Origin: a virus
Direction: 5' to 3' (one strand)
Length of the DNA stretch: 64,000 nt
Virus record (IMG/VR): IMGVR_UViG_3300042402_002564
Location: 66,145-130,144 of that record
Of the stretch, positions 37,915-47,385 are shown piece by piece. A model generated the notes under the pieces. That model saw only the letters and a list, made by a program, of their open reading frames with translations. It did no database searches and had not been told where the DNA came from. Made by a program: the position numbers and the translations under genes. Positions within the stretch are counted from its first letter, which is position 1. The number at the start of each line of letters is the position of its first letter.

Positions 37915-38121
37915 ATGTCAGAAAGAGCAGAACGTTTATCTAATCTTTATTTAAATACTTTGGCTCTCACTTCTAGAAGAACCAGGTTAAAAAAACATCA
38001 AGTTGGTGCTAAAGCACTTGCAACCTTTTTGTCTGCAGTTATTGATGAATGTGAAACAATGACTATGAAAACCAGTAAGGAAATTTATCAGATTATAGAT
38101 GAGCTTGAAAACATTGATTAA
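37915..38121 (+). CDS. hypothetical small protein
   Basis: ATG 37915; the track extension begins with GTG. Confidence 0.35.
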   Translation: MSERAERLSNLYLNTLALTSRRTRLKKHQVGAKALATFLSAVIDECETMTMKTSKEIYQIIDELENID

Positions 38122-38209
38122 TCAGACAGTGTGCCTGGTGTCACAGACAAACCCAACGAAGCAAGTCTAGCCCCTATACTGTGGGAGTAATCGACGGAGC
38201 ACTCCTACG

Positions 38210-38401
38210 ATGTCTCTCTCCTTCCCATCTAGGTCGCATCATACCGCAGCACTGTACGATGCCTGTAAACTAATTGTAGACACATATAACAATACAGATC
38301 TTCTTGATCTTTATGAGGAAAAAGGTCTTGGTGATGCTTATCAATTATCATCAACATGTCGGGAAATCATCAATCTTATTGTTGAGGGGTCTATCAAATG
38401 A
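38210..38401 (+). CDS. hypothetical small protein
   Basis: ORF; higher GC. Confidence 0.35.
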   Translation: MSLSFPSRSHHTAALYDACKLIVDTYNNTDLLDLYEEKGLGDAYQLSSTCREIINLIVEGSIK

Positions 38402-38574
38402 AACCCTATCCTCTTGGTTTGGACAATCCCTACGTTATCCGTGGTATTATTGGTAGTTCGCGGTGGGGATTGTATCGTCGTGAACCGTTTGAGAAAGTTG
38501 CTGAATTTGCTTCTCAAACACAAGCATACGATGCCCGTCGTGCTATTTTAAAAATTCAGGGTTATGATTCATGA
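38398..38574 (+). CDS. hypothetical small protein (58 aa)
   Basis: ATGA overlap; read from the sequence. Confidence 0.3.
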   Translation: MKPYPLGLDNPYVIRGIIGSSRWGLYRREPFEKVAEFASQTQAYDARRAILKIQGYDS

Positions 38575-38711
38575 AGTATTTTATTGGTTTTGGACTTTTT
38601 GCAATGGTTGGATGGAATGTTTTTTTGATTCAACGCGATCAAAGTCTTTTCAAAACATATGATGCTTGCACACAATTTACATATCATCCTGATTGCCCTT
38701 ACAACAAATGA
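38571..38711 (+). CDS. hypothetical small membrane protein (46 aa)
   Basis: ATGA overlap; hydrophobic N-terminus. Confidence 0.3.
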   Translation: MKYFIGFGLFAMVGWNVFLIQRDQSLFKTYDACTQFTYHPDCPYNK

Positions 38712-38890
38712 AACCTAAATTTCGCACTGTATTAGAAATGGCACTTGAAGAAGGTGTTCGATTTGGTTGGAACCGTGCCCATAAACACAATTCTAATCCT
38801 GATGTAGATGCTGCTGCTGATGCCATTGTGTCGGAGATTATGAACTCTCTTGACACTTGGTTTGAGATGGAGGATGGAGTTTACAAATGA
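38708..38890 (+). CDS. hypothetical small protein
   Basis: ATGA overlap at both ends. Confidence 0.35.
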   Translation: MKPKFRTVLEMALEEGVRFGWNRAHKHNSNPDVDAAADAIVSEIMNSLDTWFEMEDGVYK

Positions 38891-39486
38891 AATATAAAGA
38901 ATATAATGAACTTGAAGAAAAAGATATTGATTTGATTTGTGATTATCTTTTGAATCCTTCAACTAATGCAAATCAAGATAAGCAACGAAGAAAAGAACTT
39001 TACGATTTAAATATTGTAAAAAAAACAAAAACCAATGAAACAAATCAGAAGTATTTGAGTGGTCCTCTTGGTGAAGCGATTGTTCGATTATACTTTGATA
39101 AAATTGATAAAATTTTTATTCCTAAACCACCAGAAGTAAAATATTTTAATTCACAAAAAGAATTGATTGTTCTTCGTCCTGATGGTTTGCATGTTAGGGG
39201 AGAGTATAACATTTGGATTGAATCTAAAATGAGGTCATATTTTTCTGATGGAACAGCACATGAAAAAATTCATGGTGTCCCAGAAAAATATTGTCATATG
39301 CATGGAAAACTAATGCTATTTCTTCTTGCTGATGATGAGCATAAGTATAATAAAAATTGGACTAAACTTCGTCGCGGAGAAATCTTACCACAGAATAAAT
39401 GTGAAGAATATCATATGTTGGGAGATTTAGAGGTTCTTGACTCTATTGTTCTTGGAACAGAAGTTGCAAAAGTTTTAAAAGCATAA
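38887..39486 (+). CDS. hypothetical protein (199 aa)
   Basis: ATGA overlap. Confidence 0.45.
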   Translation: MKYKEYNELEEKDIDLICDYLLNPSTNANQDKQRRKELYDLNIVKKTKTNETNQKYLSGPLGEAIVRLYFDKIDKIFIPKPPEVKYFNSQKELIVLRPDGLHVRGEYNIWIESKMRSYFSDGTAHEKIHGVPEKYCHMHGKLMLFLLADDEHKYNKNWTKLRRGEILPQNKCEEYHMLGDLEVLDSIVLGTEVAKVLKA

Positions 39487-39511
39487 TAAAATAGTAAAAA
39501 TATCATTAATC

Positions 39512-40324
39512 ATGAACAAATCCTTTCTCAAATGGGCAGGAAATAAGTATCGGGTTCTTCAACATATTTTACCCGAAATTCAATTCCCCAATCAATTTAT
39601 TGAACCTTTTATTGGGTCTGCCTCTGTAACTCTTAATGTTTGTGCAGATACTTATGTGATTAATGATTTTAATAATGATTTAATTTCATTATATTCTTTT
39701 ATACTTCACGATAATTCATTTATTGATGATTGTGAAAATTATTTTTATAATAAAAACACTGAGGAATTATATTATTCTTGTCGTGAGGAGTTTAATACAA
39801 CCGATGACAAAAGACTTAAAGCAATGTTGTTTGTCTATTTGAATCGTCATTGTTTCAATGGACTTACACGTTATAATAAATCTGGTCAGTTTAATGTTCC
39901 TTATGGAAAATATAAGTCTCTTTATTTTCCAAAAAAAGAGATGGAAAACTTTAAGACAAATTTAAATCAAAGAAGTATTCAGTTATTTTCTGGTGATTTT
40001 GCAAATCCGAAAATTTATACTAATCTAACTGAGGATACAGTTGTTTATTTTGACCCCCCATATCTACCACTGACGAATACCGCAAATTTTAGTGATTATG
40101 CAACTGGTGGATTCTCTTATGATGACCAAGTAAGACTTAAAAATTTGGCATTAGGTCTACAATCTCAGGGAGTAAAAGTTATTATTAGTAATCATGATAC
40201 TGAGGTGTCTAGAGAATTATATTCTTCTGCTTCTAGAATTCACAGTTTTAATGTTGGTAGATTTATTGCAGCAAAAGGAGTGTCAAGGCAACCCGTTAAA
40301 GAAATACTTGCTGTTTTTTGTTGA
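39512..40324 (+). CDS. dam: DNA adenine methyltransferase Dam (GATC, D12 class)
   Basis: near-collinear with E. coli/T4 Dam: FLKWAGNKYRVL, EPFIGSASV, LFVYLNRHCFNGLTRYNKSGQFNVPYGKYK, YFDPPYLPL. Confidence 0.9.
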   Translation: MNKSFLKWAGNKYRVLQHILPEIQFPNQFIEPFIGSASVTLNVCADTYVINDFNNDLISLYSFILHDNSFIDDCENYFYNKNTEELYYSCREEFNTTDDKRLKAMLFVYLNRHCFNGLTRYNKSGQFNVPYGKYKSLYFPKKEMENFKTNLNQRSIQLFSGDFANPKIYTNLTEDTVVYFDPPYLPLTNTANFSDYATGGFSYDDQVRLKNLALGLQSQGVKVIISNHDTEVSRELYSSASRIHSFNVGRFIAAKGVSRQPVKEILAVFC

Positions 40325-40347
40325 GACTCAGACCAATTATCGATCTG

Positions 40348-40378
40348 GCACACCCCACCTTCACAGGTGGGGTGTTTT
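40348..40378 (+). terminator. rho-independent terminator
   Basis: GCACACCCCACC-TTCACA-GGTGGGGTGT then TTTTGCTTT; TATAAT follows at 40383-40388. Confidence 0.6.
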
Positions 40379-40410
40379 GCTTTATAATATCAACAGTTAA
40401 ATCAAAATCC

Positions 40411-40614
40411 ATGTCCAGCAACTCTTCCTCTTCCTCCAGCGGTATCGGTTTTCCTGGTCTGCTGACTGTTCTGTTTATTGGTCTGAAACTTACTGGTCAT
40501 ATTACTTGGCCCTGGGTCTGGGTTCTTTCTCCCCTGTGGATTAGTGCTTTGATTGGTCTTACTATTATTGCTATCATTTTGATTGTTGGTGTTGCCTCTG
40601 GCATCTGGAAGTGA
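40411..40614 (+). CDS. small two-TM membrane protein (holin-like topology)
   Basis: ATG 40411 after the terminator/TATAAT; Ser-rich N-terminus and two hydrophobic helices. Confidence 0.45.
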   Translation: MSSNSSSSSSGIGFPGLLTVLFIGLKLTGHITWPWVWVLSPLWISALIGLTIIAIILIVGVASGIWK

Positions 40615-40784
40615 TACGAAAAATTCTTAATCAGTTTCCTGCTCGCTATGGATCTTATTCTGCTGAAGGTAACAAAATCCGTAGGACATTCTCCAACGGT
40701 TTTAGTTACATCGTAGAAGAATGTAAGTCACCACAAGAAGCACAACGCATCGTAAAAGATCTCAATCAACTTTTAAGCAAATGA
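40611..40784 (+). CDS. hypothetical small protein (GTG start)
   Basis: GTGA overlap with the upstream stop; ends in the ATGACTGA junction. Confidence 0.3.
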   Translation: MIRKILNQFPARYGSYSAEGNKIRRTFSNGFSYIVEECKSPQEAQRIVKDLNQLLSK

Positions 40785-41068
40785 CTGAAACCAAAACCTA
40801 TCCCTATCTGAAGTACATTCCACACTTTGTTGCACTTAGAATAGTTGTACTTGGTCCGTTTGCCATTGCACAAGCAACGGCAGAGTTCATCTCCAACTCT
40901 CTGGACAAAGTGTGCCATAAGATTGATAAATTTCTTCCATCACCTTATGTTGAAAAGCAAGTAGAATGGGATCAGTTGCCCAAACGAAATCAAGAAGCGA
41001 TTGAACAACTTGCAAAAGCACGGGACACTACCAAAGAACGAATTCTCATTCAAACTGTGAAACCATGA
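40781..41068 (+). CDS. small-gene array protein
   Basis: ATGACTGA start context. Confidence 0.4.
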   Translation: MTETKTYPYLKYIPHFVALRIVVLGPFAIAQATAEFISNSLDKVCHKIDKFLPSPYVEKQVEWDQLPKRNQEAIEQLAKARDTTKERILIQTVKP

Positions 41069-41322
41069 CTAAAATCCAACTCAAAGCAATCACAGTTACA
41101 TACACCAGAACTCTCACAGTTTCTCCCACAACTGAAATGTTTGAGGACTGGGAGGATTATCCAGATCAAGAAGCATTTGAGAGTTTAGTGCTTAATGAAT
41201 TGTTTGATAAAATCCATTATGAGATGGGAGGACCTGCAAATCCTATGCCTTACACTAATGTAGAGCAGTTTGAAACCGTTGAGATTGACTGGGGGAGTGA
41301 TGAAGAGGAGGATGAAGAATGA
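41065..41322 (+). CDS. small-gene array protein
   Basis: ATGACTAA start context, ATGA overlap. Confidence 0.4.
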   Translation: MTKIQLKAITVTYTRTLTVSPTTEMFEDWEDYPDQEAFESLVLNELFDKIHYEMGGPANPMPYTNVEQFETVEIDWGSDEEEDEE

Positions 41323-41597
41323 CTGAAGAACTCCCAGTATCAAACGAATTCGTCACATTTGTAAGAATTCAACTTGACCACGAACAAAAGCAACAACTCA
41401 ATCGTTTCCTAAATCTCCATTATCTTGGTGATGTGAATTGTAATGAGTATGATGAGAACTTCAAACTTGTTCCCAAATACCCAGAGAAAGAAACAGAAGA
41501 GTTCAAAGATGCTATGTGGAGAGCAGGTATGTGTGTAGATTATCAAGTCAAAGTGGTTTATGATGTGAATGGTGGTTGTAAATTGGAGTTGCTATGA
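41319..41597 (+). CDS. small-gene array protein
   Basis: ATGACTGA start context, ATGA overlap. Confidence 0.4.
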   Translation: MTEELPVSNEFVTFVRIQLDHEQKQQLNRFLNLHYLGDVNCNEYDENFKLVPKYPEKETEEFKDAMWRAGMCVDYQVKVVYDVNGGCKLELL

Positions 41598-41851
41598 AGT
41601 TATTTCAATACGATAAAAAGGTTTGGGATGATGGTGATACTGACCGCACTTGGCAGTTTGGTATCATCAACAATAAAACATTACTCTGGGTTCATTATGA
41701 AAATCCCAGTCGTTTAGTTTTTAGTGATGGTGGATTACACATCCTATTCTCATTCTTTACTAATTCTTTATTTGGTGTAGATTTTCAAGTTGCTAAGATT
41801 GGTTTGAGTTTCAACTTTTTTACTGAATACTTTGATGGGTGGGATGAATGA
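41594..41851 (+). CDS. small-gene array protein
   Basis: ATGA overlap. Confidence 0.4.
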   Translation: MKLFQYDKKVWDDGDTDRTWQFGIINNKTLLWVHYENPSRLVFSDGGLHILFSFFTNSLFGVDFQVAKIGLSFNFFTEYFDGWDE

Positions 41852-42063
41852 CTGACGAACAAATCCTTGAACTTGTGAGATTTCACTTTGAAGAGGGTGG
41901 GTTGAGAGACGATGGTAGTTGTTCTGAATATTTCGGAACTCCTGAAGATTTTATTGAGTTTGCCCAAGCAATTTATGAAATGGGTAATGAAAATGGTTGG
42001 GAAAGTCACCAAGAAAGTGTATACTTGAACTCCTCTTATCCTACTGATTATAACTATGACTGA
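41848..42063 (+). CDS. small-gene array protein
   Basis: ATGACTGA start; ends ...NYD-stop in an 8-nt overlap. Confidence 0.4.
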   Translation: MTDEQILELVRFHFEEGGLRDDGSCSEYFGTPEDFIEFAQAIYEMGNENGWESHQESVYLNSSYPTDYNYD

Positions 42064-42232
42064 CGCAGCATACAAAGTTTGGGAAGCATTCAAAGGTGAA
42101 TTGATTGTTGAACCCACAGATGATATGAAAGAAGCACTTGCTACTGCTATCCGTGAGATTGCTGACCAACTTTATTTTGACCCTGATGTAGATTATCTAA
42201 ATCGTCTTTCCTATAATGTGGAGGCACTATGA
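42056..42232 (+). CDS. small-gene array protein (58 aa)
   Basis: start inside the ATGACTGA 8-nt overlap; read from the sequence. Confidence 0.35.
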   Translation: MTDAAYKVWEAFKGELIVEPTDDMKEALATAIREIADQLYFDPDVDYLNRLSYNVEAL

Positions 42233-42435
42233 CTGAACGAGCACAAAAGATTATGAAAGCATACGAAGCAGAGGATACTTACAACTTTCCAAAAGATGGA
42301 GTTGTTGCTGTTATTCGTGCTATTGTGAATGAACATCAATACTATCAGTGTTGTAGAGACCAGGATATAGAAGATATGGTAGTTGATGCTCGGGTGCTCT
42401 ATGACCTTGCTGATGAATTGGAGGAACTGAAATGA
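42229..42435 (+). CDS. small-gene array protein
   Basis: ATGACTGA start, ATGA overlap. Confidence 0.4.
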   Translation: MTERAQKIMKAYEAEDTYNFPKDGVVAVIRAIVNEHQYYQCCRDQDIEDMVVDARVLYDLADELEELK

Positions 42436-42671
42436 CTGAAACCGACATCTCTAAAGTTCTCATAGAAGGAGAATACGCAACCATTATGGGTGTGAAATAT
42501 AAGAGAGTGGAAGAACCAAAGACACCAGCAGAAGAGGCATATAAAGATTGGTGGGGGGAATATCCTCCAACCAGTCCAGATGCTGATAGAAGAGACATAG
42601 CAAGGTGGCATGGTTTTCAAGCAGGTTATTATGCCTCACAAGAACCCAAAAAAGAGACACAAAATGACTGA
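42432..42671 (+). CDS. small-gene array protein
   Basis: ATGACTGA start; ends ...QND-stop. Confidence 0.4.
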   Translation: MTETDISKVLIEGEYATIMGVKYKRVEEPKTPAEEAYKDWWGEYPPTSPDADRRDIARWHGFQAGYYASQEPKKETQND

Positions 42672-42852
42672 CGAACAACTACTCAATTCACTACAAGGAA
42701 CTATGGCTAAGATTGACCCGTATTCAGTTAAAAAAGAAGCAATTGATGAATATCTTATAGACACAATTGAGGAACGACTTACTCGTATTGAAGATAAAGT
42801 TGATTTACTCATTACTCAACTTAAAATAGAGTTTTATAAGAAAAATGACTGA
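42664..42852 (+). CDS. small-gene array protein
   Basis: 8-nt ATGACTGA overlap; the track's 5' extension overlaps the previous gene. Confidence 0.4.
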   Translation: MTDEQLLNSLQGTMAKIDPYSVKKEAIDEYLIDTIEERLTRIEDKVDLLITQLKIEFYKKND

Positions 42853-43399
42853 ACCAACACTAAAAATAGGACCATCAGGGTATAAACTGAACCCAGAGAA
42901 ACTGAAAGGAGCACCTCAAAGTATTCTTCCTTATGTTTGTGGTGCCTTTTATTACACCGAAGATTTTGAGTATTTTGATGTAATCAAACCTTATCTTGAT
43001 ATTCCAGAGAAACCTAAAACTCTGGAAGAAATCTCACAAGAGTTTGATGAGAAGATTGATAAACGAATTGAGAGTATCAAGCATAAGTTTGCTGAACTCA
43101 AATGTCATCAAGAGTATCTTTACAATCAAAGGTTCAATAGAATTATTGAGGACTTTGAGTATGCGAAGAAGAACGGACAATTCCCACTAAAACCTAAATT
43201 TACTATAGGCACTACTCTTTCTGCGAATAGTAATATTACTTCCACTTTTGTAATCAAACAAGGAAATAAACACGAAGGGTATTATACAATTGGAAATGGT
43301 TATTTGAGGTTTTATATGCCTTATAAACCAAATGCTATTACTCGTTGGTTTATGAATAAATGTCTTTCTATTAGATGGGTGGATGAGAAAAATGACTAA
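42845..43399 (+). CDS. small-gene array protein (184 aa)
   Basis: 8-nt ATGACTGA overlap at its start; ends ...KND-stop. Confidence 0.45.
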   Translation: MTEPTLKIGPSGYKLNPEKLKGAPQSILPYVCGAFYYTEDFEYFDVIKPYLDIPEKPKTLEEISQEFDEKIDKRIESIKHKFAELKCHQEYLYNQRFNRIIEDFEYAKKNGQFPLKPKFTIGTTLSANSNITSTFVIKQGNKHEGYYTIGNGYLRFYMPYKPNAITRWFMNKCLSIRWVDEKND

Positions 43400-43595
43400 A
43401 CTATCAGCAGCAGACCTTATGGTAATCCATAATACTCTTTATAAAAGTTTGAGTGTCGTTGGAAATAGTATTTGGACACAAGAAACCAGAGAAAGAGTTA
43501 TGGATAAGGTGTCTATTATTATGGAAAATATGAACGCAGAAGTTGTCTGTGGTGATGTAGAACCTATTGTAGTGAGTGGAGATGTTGGTGGATAG
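43392..43595 (+). CDS. small-gene array protein
   Basis: 8-nt ATGACTAA overlap. Confidence 0.4.
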   Translation: MTKLSAADLMVIHNTLYKSLSVVGNSIWTQETRERVMDKVSIIMENMNAEVVCGDVEPIVVSGDVGG

Positions 43596-43736
43596 TATTG
43601 AAGAAATTCAAAAATACTTGGATGATAATAACATCACCTTTGAAGAGTATATGAGAGAAAATATGATTACTGATGAAGACAGGAAATATTTTGATAAGAT
43701 ATGGGTGGATGCGATTTATAAGAACTTGGGTGAGGA

Positions 43737-43800
43737 CACTTGAAGAACTGGCACAGGGGATGCTCTGGGTGCCTCTGTGGGTGCTATAATACTTTCATAC
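43737..43800 (+). promoter_or_regulatory. promoter cassette, copy 1 (GAACTGGCACA box ... TATAAT)
   Basis: GAACTGGCACA at 43745-43755, TATAAT at 43785-43790; ~88% identical to 44034-44097. Confidence 0.5.
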
Positions 43801-43814
43801 ACAAAGGAACTCAA

Positions 43815-44033
43815 ATGTTTTCTGAAGAAACTCAAGGCAAACTCTATAAACTTAAGGAAGAACTCAATTTTTCATCTTCTACTGTTACAGAAGTTTATAA
43901 ACTGATGAAGGATGCTTATAGAGAAGGATTTGATTATGGATGTGTTCGGTCAAGTGAAGAAATGGTTTCTCTTGGTGTTCTTGCTGATATGACCGTTCAA
44001 CAACTTGCTAATCTAATTGGAAGGGAGGACTGA
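43815..44033 (+). CDS. small-gene array protein
   Basis: ATG 43815 downstream of promoter cassette copy 1. Confidence 0.4.
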   Translation: MFSEETQGKLYKLKEELNFSSSTVTEVYKLMKDAYREGFDYGCVRSSEEMVSLGVLADMTVQQLANLIGRED

Positions 44034-44097
44034 CACTTGAAGAACTGGTACAGGGGATGCTCTGGGTGCCTCTGGATGCCCTATAATACTCTCATAC
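44034..44097 (+). promoter_or_regulatory. promoter cassette, copy 2
   Basis: GAACTGGTACA at 44042-44052, TATAAT at 44082-44087. Confidence 0.5.
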
Positions 44098-44110
44098 ACA
44101 CAGACACCTG

Positions 44111-44302
44111 ATGACTGACTTCTCTCAAGAACAATTTGTTGATTTGGGACAAACACTCTATGTTGAGTGGTTGAAAACTTGTTCTAATATGCAAAGTGCT
44201 ACTGAACAAGAACGACGAGAAGTGTTCAAGTTTGGTGCTGAACTTGCATTTGAGGCAGCAGAAGAGTTTGCTAAAGTATTCCATAATCAAGAGGAGAACT
44301 GA
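44111..44302 (+). CDS. small-gene array protein
   Basis: ATGACTGA start downstream of cassette copy 2. Confidence 0.4.
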   Translation: MTDFSQEQFVDLGQTLYVEWLKTCSNMQSATEQERREVFKFGAELAFEAAEEFAKVFHNQEEN

Positions 44303-44303
44303 A

Positions 44304-44630
44304 ATGTCTATCAGAGCAACTGAACTTCTCAAACTCTTTTCTAAAGCAAAACAACTTGATTTAAGTGTTGAGGTTTATGAGGACAAAGATGATGATTATG
44401 TAATTCGCATTTACGAAATGTTCCGTTCAGAAGGATTTGATGAAAAAATGTTCATCACTCAAAAGGGTGAGAGCAACTGGAATAAGGCATCATACACTAT
44501 TGATGGTATGATGGATATTCTTGATGTACAGTTGGAAGAAAAACGACAAGAGAAAATCAAAGAACAAAAACGACAAGAACTTCTTGCTCGTTTGACTGAT
44601 GAAGAAAAAAAACTTCTGGGGGTAAAATGA
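44304..44630 (+). CDS. small-gene array protein
   Basis: ATG 44304, 1 nt after the upstream stop. Confidence 0.4.
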   Translation: MSIRATELLKLFSKAKQLDLSVEVYEDKDDDYVIRIYEMFRSEGFDEKMFITQKGESNWNKASYTIDGMMDILDVQLEEKRQEKIKEQKRQELLARLTDEEKKLLGVK

Positions 44631-44854
44631 CTACCGAAGAAAAACTCACACTTCTCCTCAAGGTTCTCAAAGAAGTAGCAGAGGTAAAACACTGCTATGA
44701 AGGTCTATTTGGAGATGATTATACTCCAAGTGCTGGTAGTTATGATGATGCCTTTGAAGATGGTTGTGCTTATGGTGAGATTACCTTTGCCCGCACTATG
44801 TTAGAATGTATTGGTGAAAAGTTTGAATACCCTTGTATGAAAGAAAATGACTGA
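44627..44854 (+). CDS. small-gene array protein
   Basis: ATGA overlap; ends ...END-stop. Confidence 0.4.
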   Translation: MTTEEKLTLLLKVLKEVAEVKHCYEGLFGDDYTPSAGSYDDAFEDGCAYGEITFARTMLECIGEKFEYPCMKEND

Positions 44855-45032
44855 ACGAGTAAAATTCAAAAGTATCACACGAGTAATTGACCCAAAGACC
44901 CGTATTCATTATCTTGATGCTGTTGATGAGAACGGGTATCACTGGATGGCACAAATGGATCATAAAACTGAACCACACCTGTGCTATACTAAGGTATGGT
45001 ATAAAGACCCGCAACAACCTTATGACGTTTGA
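44847..45032 (+). CDS. small-gene array protein
   Basis: 8-nt ATGACTGA overlap. Confidence 0.4.
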   Translation: MTERVKFKSITRVIDPKTRIHYLDAVDENGYHWMAQMDHKTEPHLCYTKVWYKDPQQPYDV

Positions 45033-45291
45033 AGAAATCCTAGAAGAATACGGACAGGAAGTATTAGACACATACTACGAACTGTTCCCAGACAAGAATG
45101 TATCAAAGTTTGGTGATAGGTGTTGTGGTTTTGTTGGTTCTTATGATGACTTTTTAGAAGATGTTTATCATTCAACGGGTAGTGATGAACTGGAAACAAT
45201 TGATGATTTTGCTAATGGAGTGTTTTTAGAGTATTATTACTATGATGAAGGCACAGGTGTTGGATTTGTATTTTATAATGAGGAACGATGA
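45022..45291 (+). CDS. small-gene array protein
   Basis: ATGACGTTTGA-type overlap; the track's 5' extension overlaps the previous gene. Confidence 0.35.
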   Translation: MTFEEILEEYGQEVLDTYYELFPDKNVSKFGDRCCGFVGSYDDFLEDVYHSTGSDELETIDDFANGVFLEYYYYDEGTGVGFVFYNEER

Positions 45292-45470
45292 GGATTGAAA
45301 TTAACCATATTCCTCAAGACGATCAATATTTTATGAAAATCTATGATGGTCCAGATGGGGTGGATGAAGATAGTTTTGTTTGTCGCAATCTTGGGGAATG
45401 TTTTGAGCAGATTATAATGTGGAGAACACTAAACGCACAACAGTATGTTGGAGGAACTGAAAATGACTGA
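45288..45470 (+). CDS. small-gene array protein
   Basis: ATGA overlap; ends ...END-stop. Confidence 0.4.
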   Translation: MRIEINHIPQDDQYFMKIYDGPDGVDEDSFVCRNLGECFEQIIMWRTLNAQQYVGGTEND

Positions 45471-46194
45471 ATTTCAACCAACTCCACAAACACCAGAGCA
45501 AGTTGCTGATGGACTTCGTGATGCCTTTAGACAAGCAATCAAAGATGGTGTGATGGATGCTACTCCTTATCTTAAACAAATGACTTTCAAATCTGATATT
45601 GAAAAGACAGAAGCAGAAATAAAAGTGCTTCAAAAGAAACTGGAACTCCTCAAGGAGATTGAGAAACATAAATCTCAACCCAAAATGGAATTTAGTTTTG
45701 GTGGTAAGTTTGAGGTCGTCTCTTATAATGATGAGGTTTATTATCGTCTTGAATTTCCTGATGAATTTTATTGGTATAAAAAAAAGTATTCTGATGAGGG
45801 TTTGCTGATGGTTGCTATTATTGATGGTGAAACTCTTCGTCTTCTTGAAGGTGTATGGTTTAATGATGTGAAGAAGGGGAAGTATGATGATGAACCTTAT
45901 TGTCCTGATGAACCTCCTGAATATGATGAAGTAGAGTGGGATGAGAAAGACAACCCAAAACCTATGGATGAGGTTGTGAATAGGTTGATAAAACAACACC
46001 AAGCACAAAAACTCTACAATAGATTGTATGATGAACTTGGTTGTAATTTTGATACTCGTGAACAGATTGTAAATTTGGTTGAAGAATGGTTGCCTGAACC
46101 ACAATCTGCTGCAGGAAGTCAAAATGTAGATACTGAATTGCTTGTTGATGGATTTAATGATTGTTTGCGTAAAATCAAGGGGATGCTACGATGA
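45463..46194 (+). CDS. small-gene array protein (243 aa)
   Basis: 8-nt ATGACTGA overlap; GGAGGAACTGAAAATGACTGAA is duplicated at 42418. Confidence 0.45.
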   Translation: MTEFQPTPQTPEQVADGLRDAFRQAIKDGVMDATPYLKQMTFKSDIEKTEAEIKVLQKKLELLKEIEKHKSQPKMEFSFGGKFEVVSYNDEVYYRLEFPDEFYWYKKKYSDEGLLMVAIIDGETLRLLEGVWFNDVKKGKYDDEPYCPDEPPEYDEVEWDEKDNPKPMDEVVNRLIKQHQAQKLYNRLYDELGCNFDTREQIVNLVEEWLPEPQSAAGSQNVDTELLVDGFNDCLRKIKGMLR

Positions 46195-46382
46195 CTGAAC
46201 GCAACTTTGCCAAAGAACTTTGCCATCACCGCTATATTGATATGGAGGATGGGAATGATACTGAAACTATTTGCTATCCTTCTTTGATTTGTATTATCAC
46301 CGAGTTGTGTGATAGGATTGAGAAACTTGAAAAGAAGTTAGAAAAACAAGAAGAGTATGCTGCGGAGCAAAATGAACAATGA
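46191..46382 (+). CDS. small-gene array protein
   Basis: ATGACTGA start, ATGA overlap. Confidence 0.4.
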   Translation: MTERNFAKELCHHRYIDMEDGNDTETICYPSLICIITELCDRIEKLEKKLEKQEEYAAEQNEQ

Positions 46383-46788
46383 TATGCCTTGGGTTAATCT
46401 CACACAAGAAGAAGTAGAAGAACTCCGCAACAAAAAACACGAACTCACTGAATACGGCAAAGAGAAACTGAGGAAACTTATGATGAATCAAGAACCATAT
46501 CCAGACGAAATGTTTGAAGAGGCAGAACGTCGTGAGAAGAGTAATCGTGTTCTTCAACGGTATAATGACTTCTACAATATGGAATGTGCTGGACTTCCTC
46601 ACGGCACACCTATCACACCAGAACATCAACAAATGATTGCATTTCAATCTATGATTGATGCTCTACGGTGTGAGAACCTCAATCGTGAGTATAATGAGAT
46701 TGCAATTAGTGATATTGAGGATTTGATTGCACGATTGGATGAACAAGCAACTGCATTTCTTGAAAGAGTGAGAAAGAACAATGAGTGA
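46372..46788 (+). CDS. small-gene array protein
   Basis: 11-nt overlap (alternative start at 46384). Confidence 0.4.
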   Translation: MNNDMPWVNLTQEEVEELRNKKHELTEYGKEKLRKLMMNQEPYPDEMFEEAERREKSNRVLQRYNDFYNMECAGLPHGTPITPEHQQMIAFQSMIDALRCENLNREYNEIAISDIEDLIARLDEQATAFLERVRKNNE

Positions 46789-47083
46789 CAAACCATTCTA
46801 TCGTTTCTTTGCGATTGATTATTGTGCGACTGGTGAAGGTCGTTCATTCTGGTTGAAGATCTGTCGCAACTATCAAAGAGTTGATGATAGAGACCGTGAA
46901 TATGAAAAGTTTGCAAAGTTTGTTGATTGCGATCATTATATGCACGGATTTGATGAACTCACAGAGAGGGAGTTTCTGGACAAATACACAAGGTTCATTC
47001 CATATTTTGTCGCAGAAATGATGCAAAGGAAAGACCAACCAGCATTCACTTGGGAAACACATTTACACTTTAATTACTCATAA
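46781..47083 (+). CDS. small-gene array protein
   Basis: ATGA overlap. Confidence 0.4.
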   Translation: MSDKPFYRFFAIDYCATGEGRSFWLKICRNYQRVDDRDREYEKFAKFVDCDHYMHGFDELTEREFLDKYTRFIPYFVAEMMQRKDQPAFTWETHLHFNYS

Positions 47084-47086
47084 TAT

Positions 47087-47383
47087 ATGTCTAAAAACTC
47101 TATGGAGAAAACTAAAATGAAAATCGAAACGAAGCGTCAACGACTATTTGATTTTATTACTACATGGGAATCTGCTGTTTTTACTGAAAAAGAACATAAA
47201 GATAGGTTCTATACGTATCTTGGTTTGATTATTCAGTCTAGACTGATGAGTGACTTTGTACATCTCAATTCCGAAGATTATCCTGCATATGGAATTTTAG
47301 GTGATATTCCACTTTATGAACATATGAATGATTATGATATTGATGAAATTTATAACAAATGCTTAAAAAAGACTAACGAGTAA
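47087..47383 (+). CDS. small-gene array protein
   Basis: ORF. Confidence 0.4.
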   Translation: MSKNSMEKTKMKIETKRQRLFDFITTWESAVFTEKEHKDRFYTYLGLIIQSRLMSDFVHLNSEDYPAYGILGDIPLYEHMNDYDIDEIYNKCLKKTNE

Positions 47384-47385
47384 AA

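Noticed and set aside
45412-46122. 236-aa minus-strand ORF
   Set aside because: Antisense to the 45463-46194 gene within an all-plus-strand overlap-coupled array; low-complexity I/F/K-rich translation typical of AT-rich antisense
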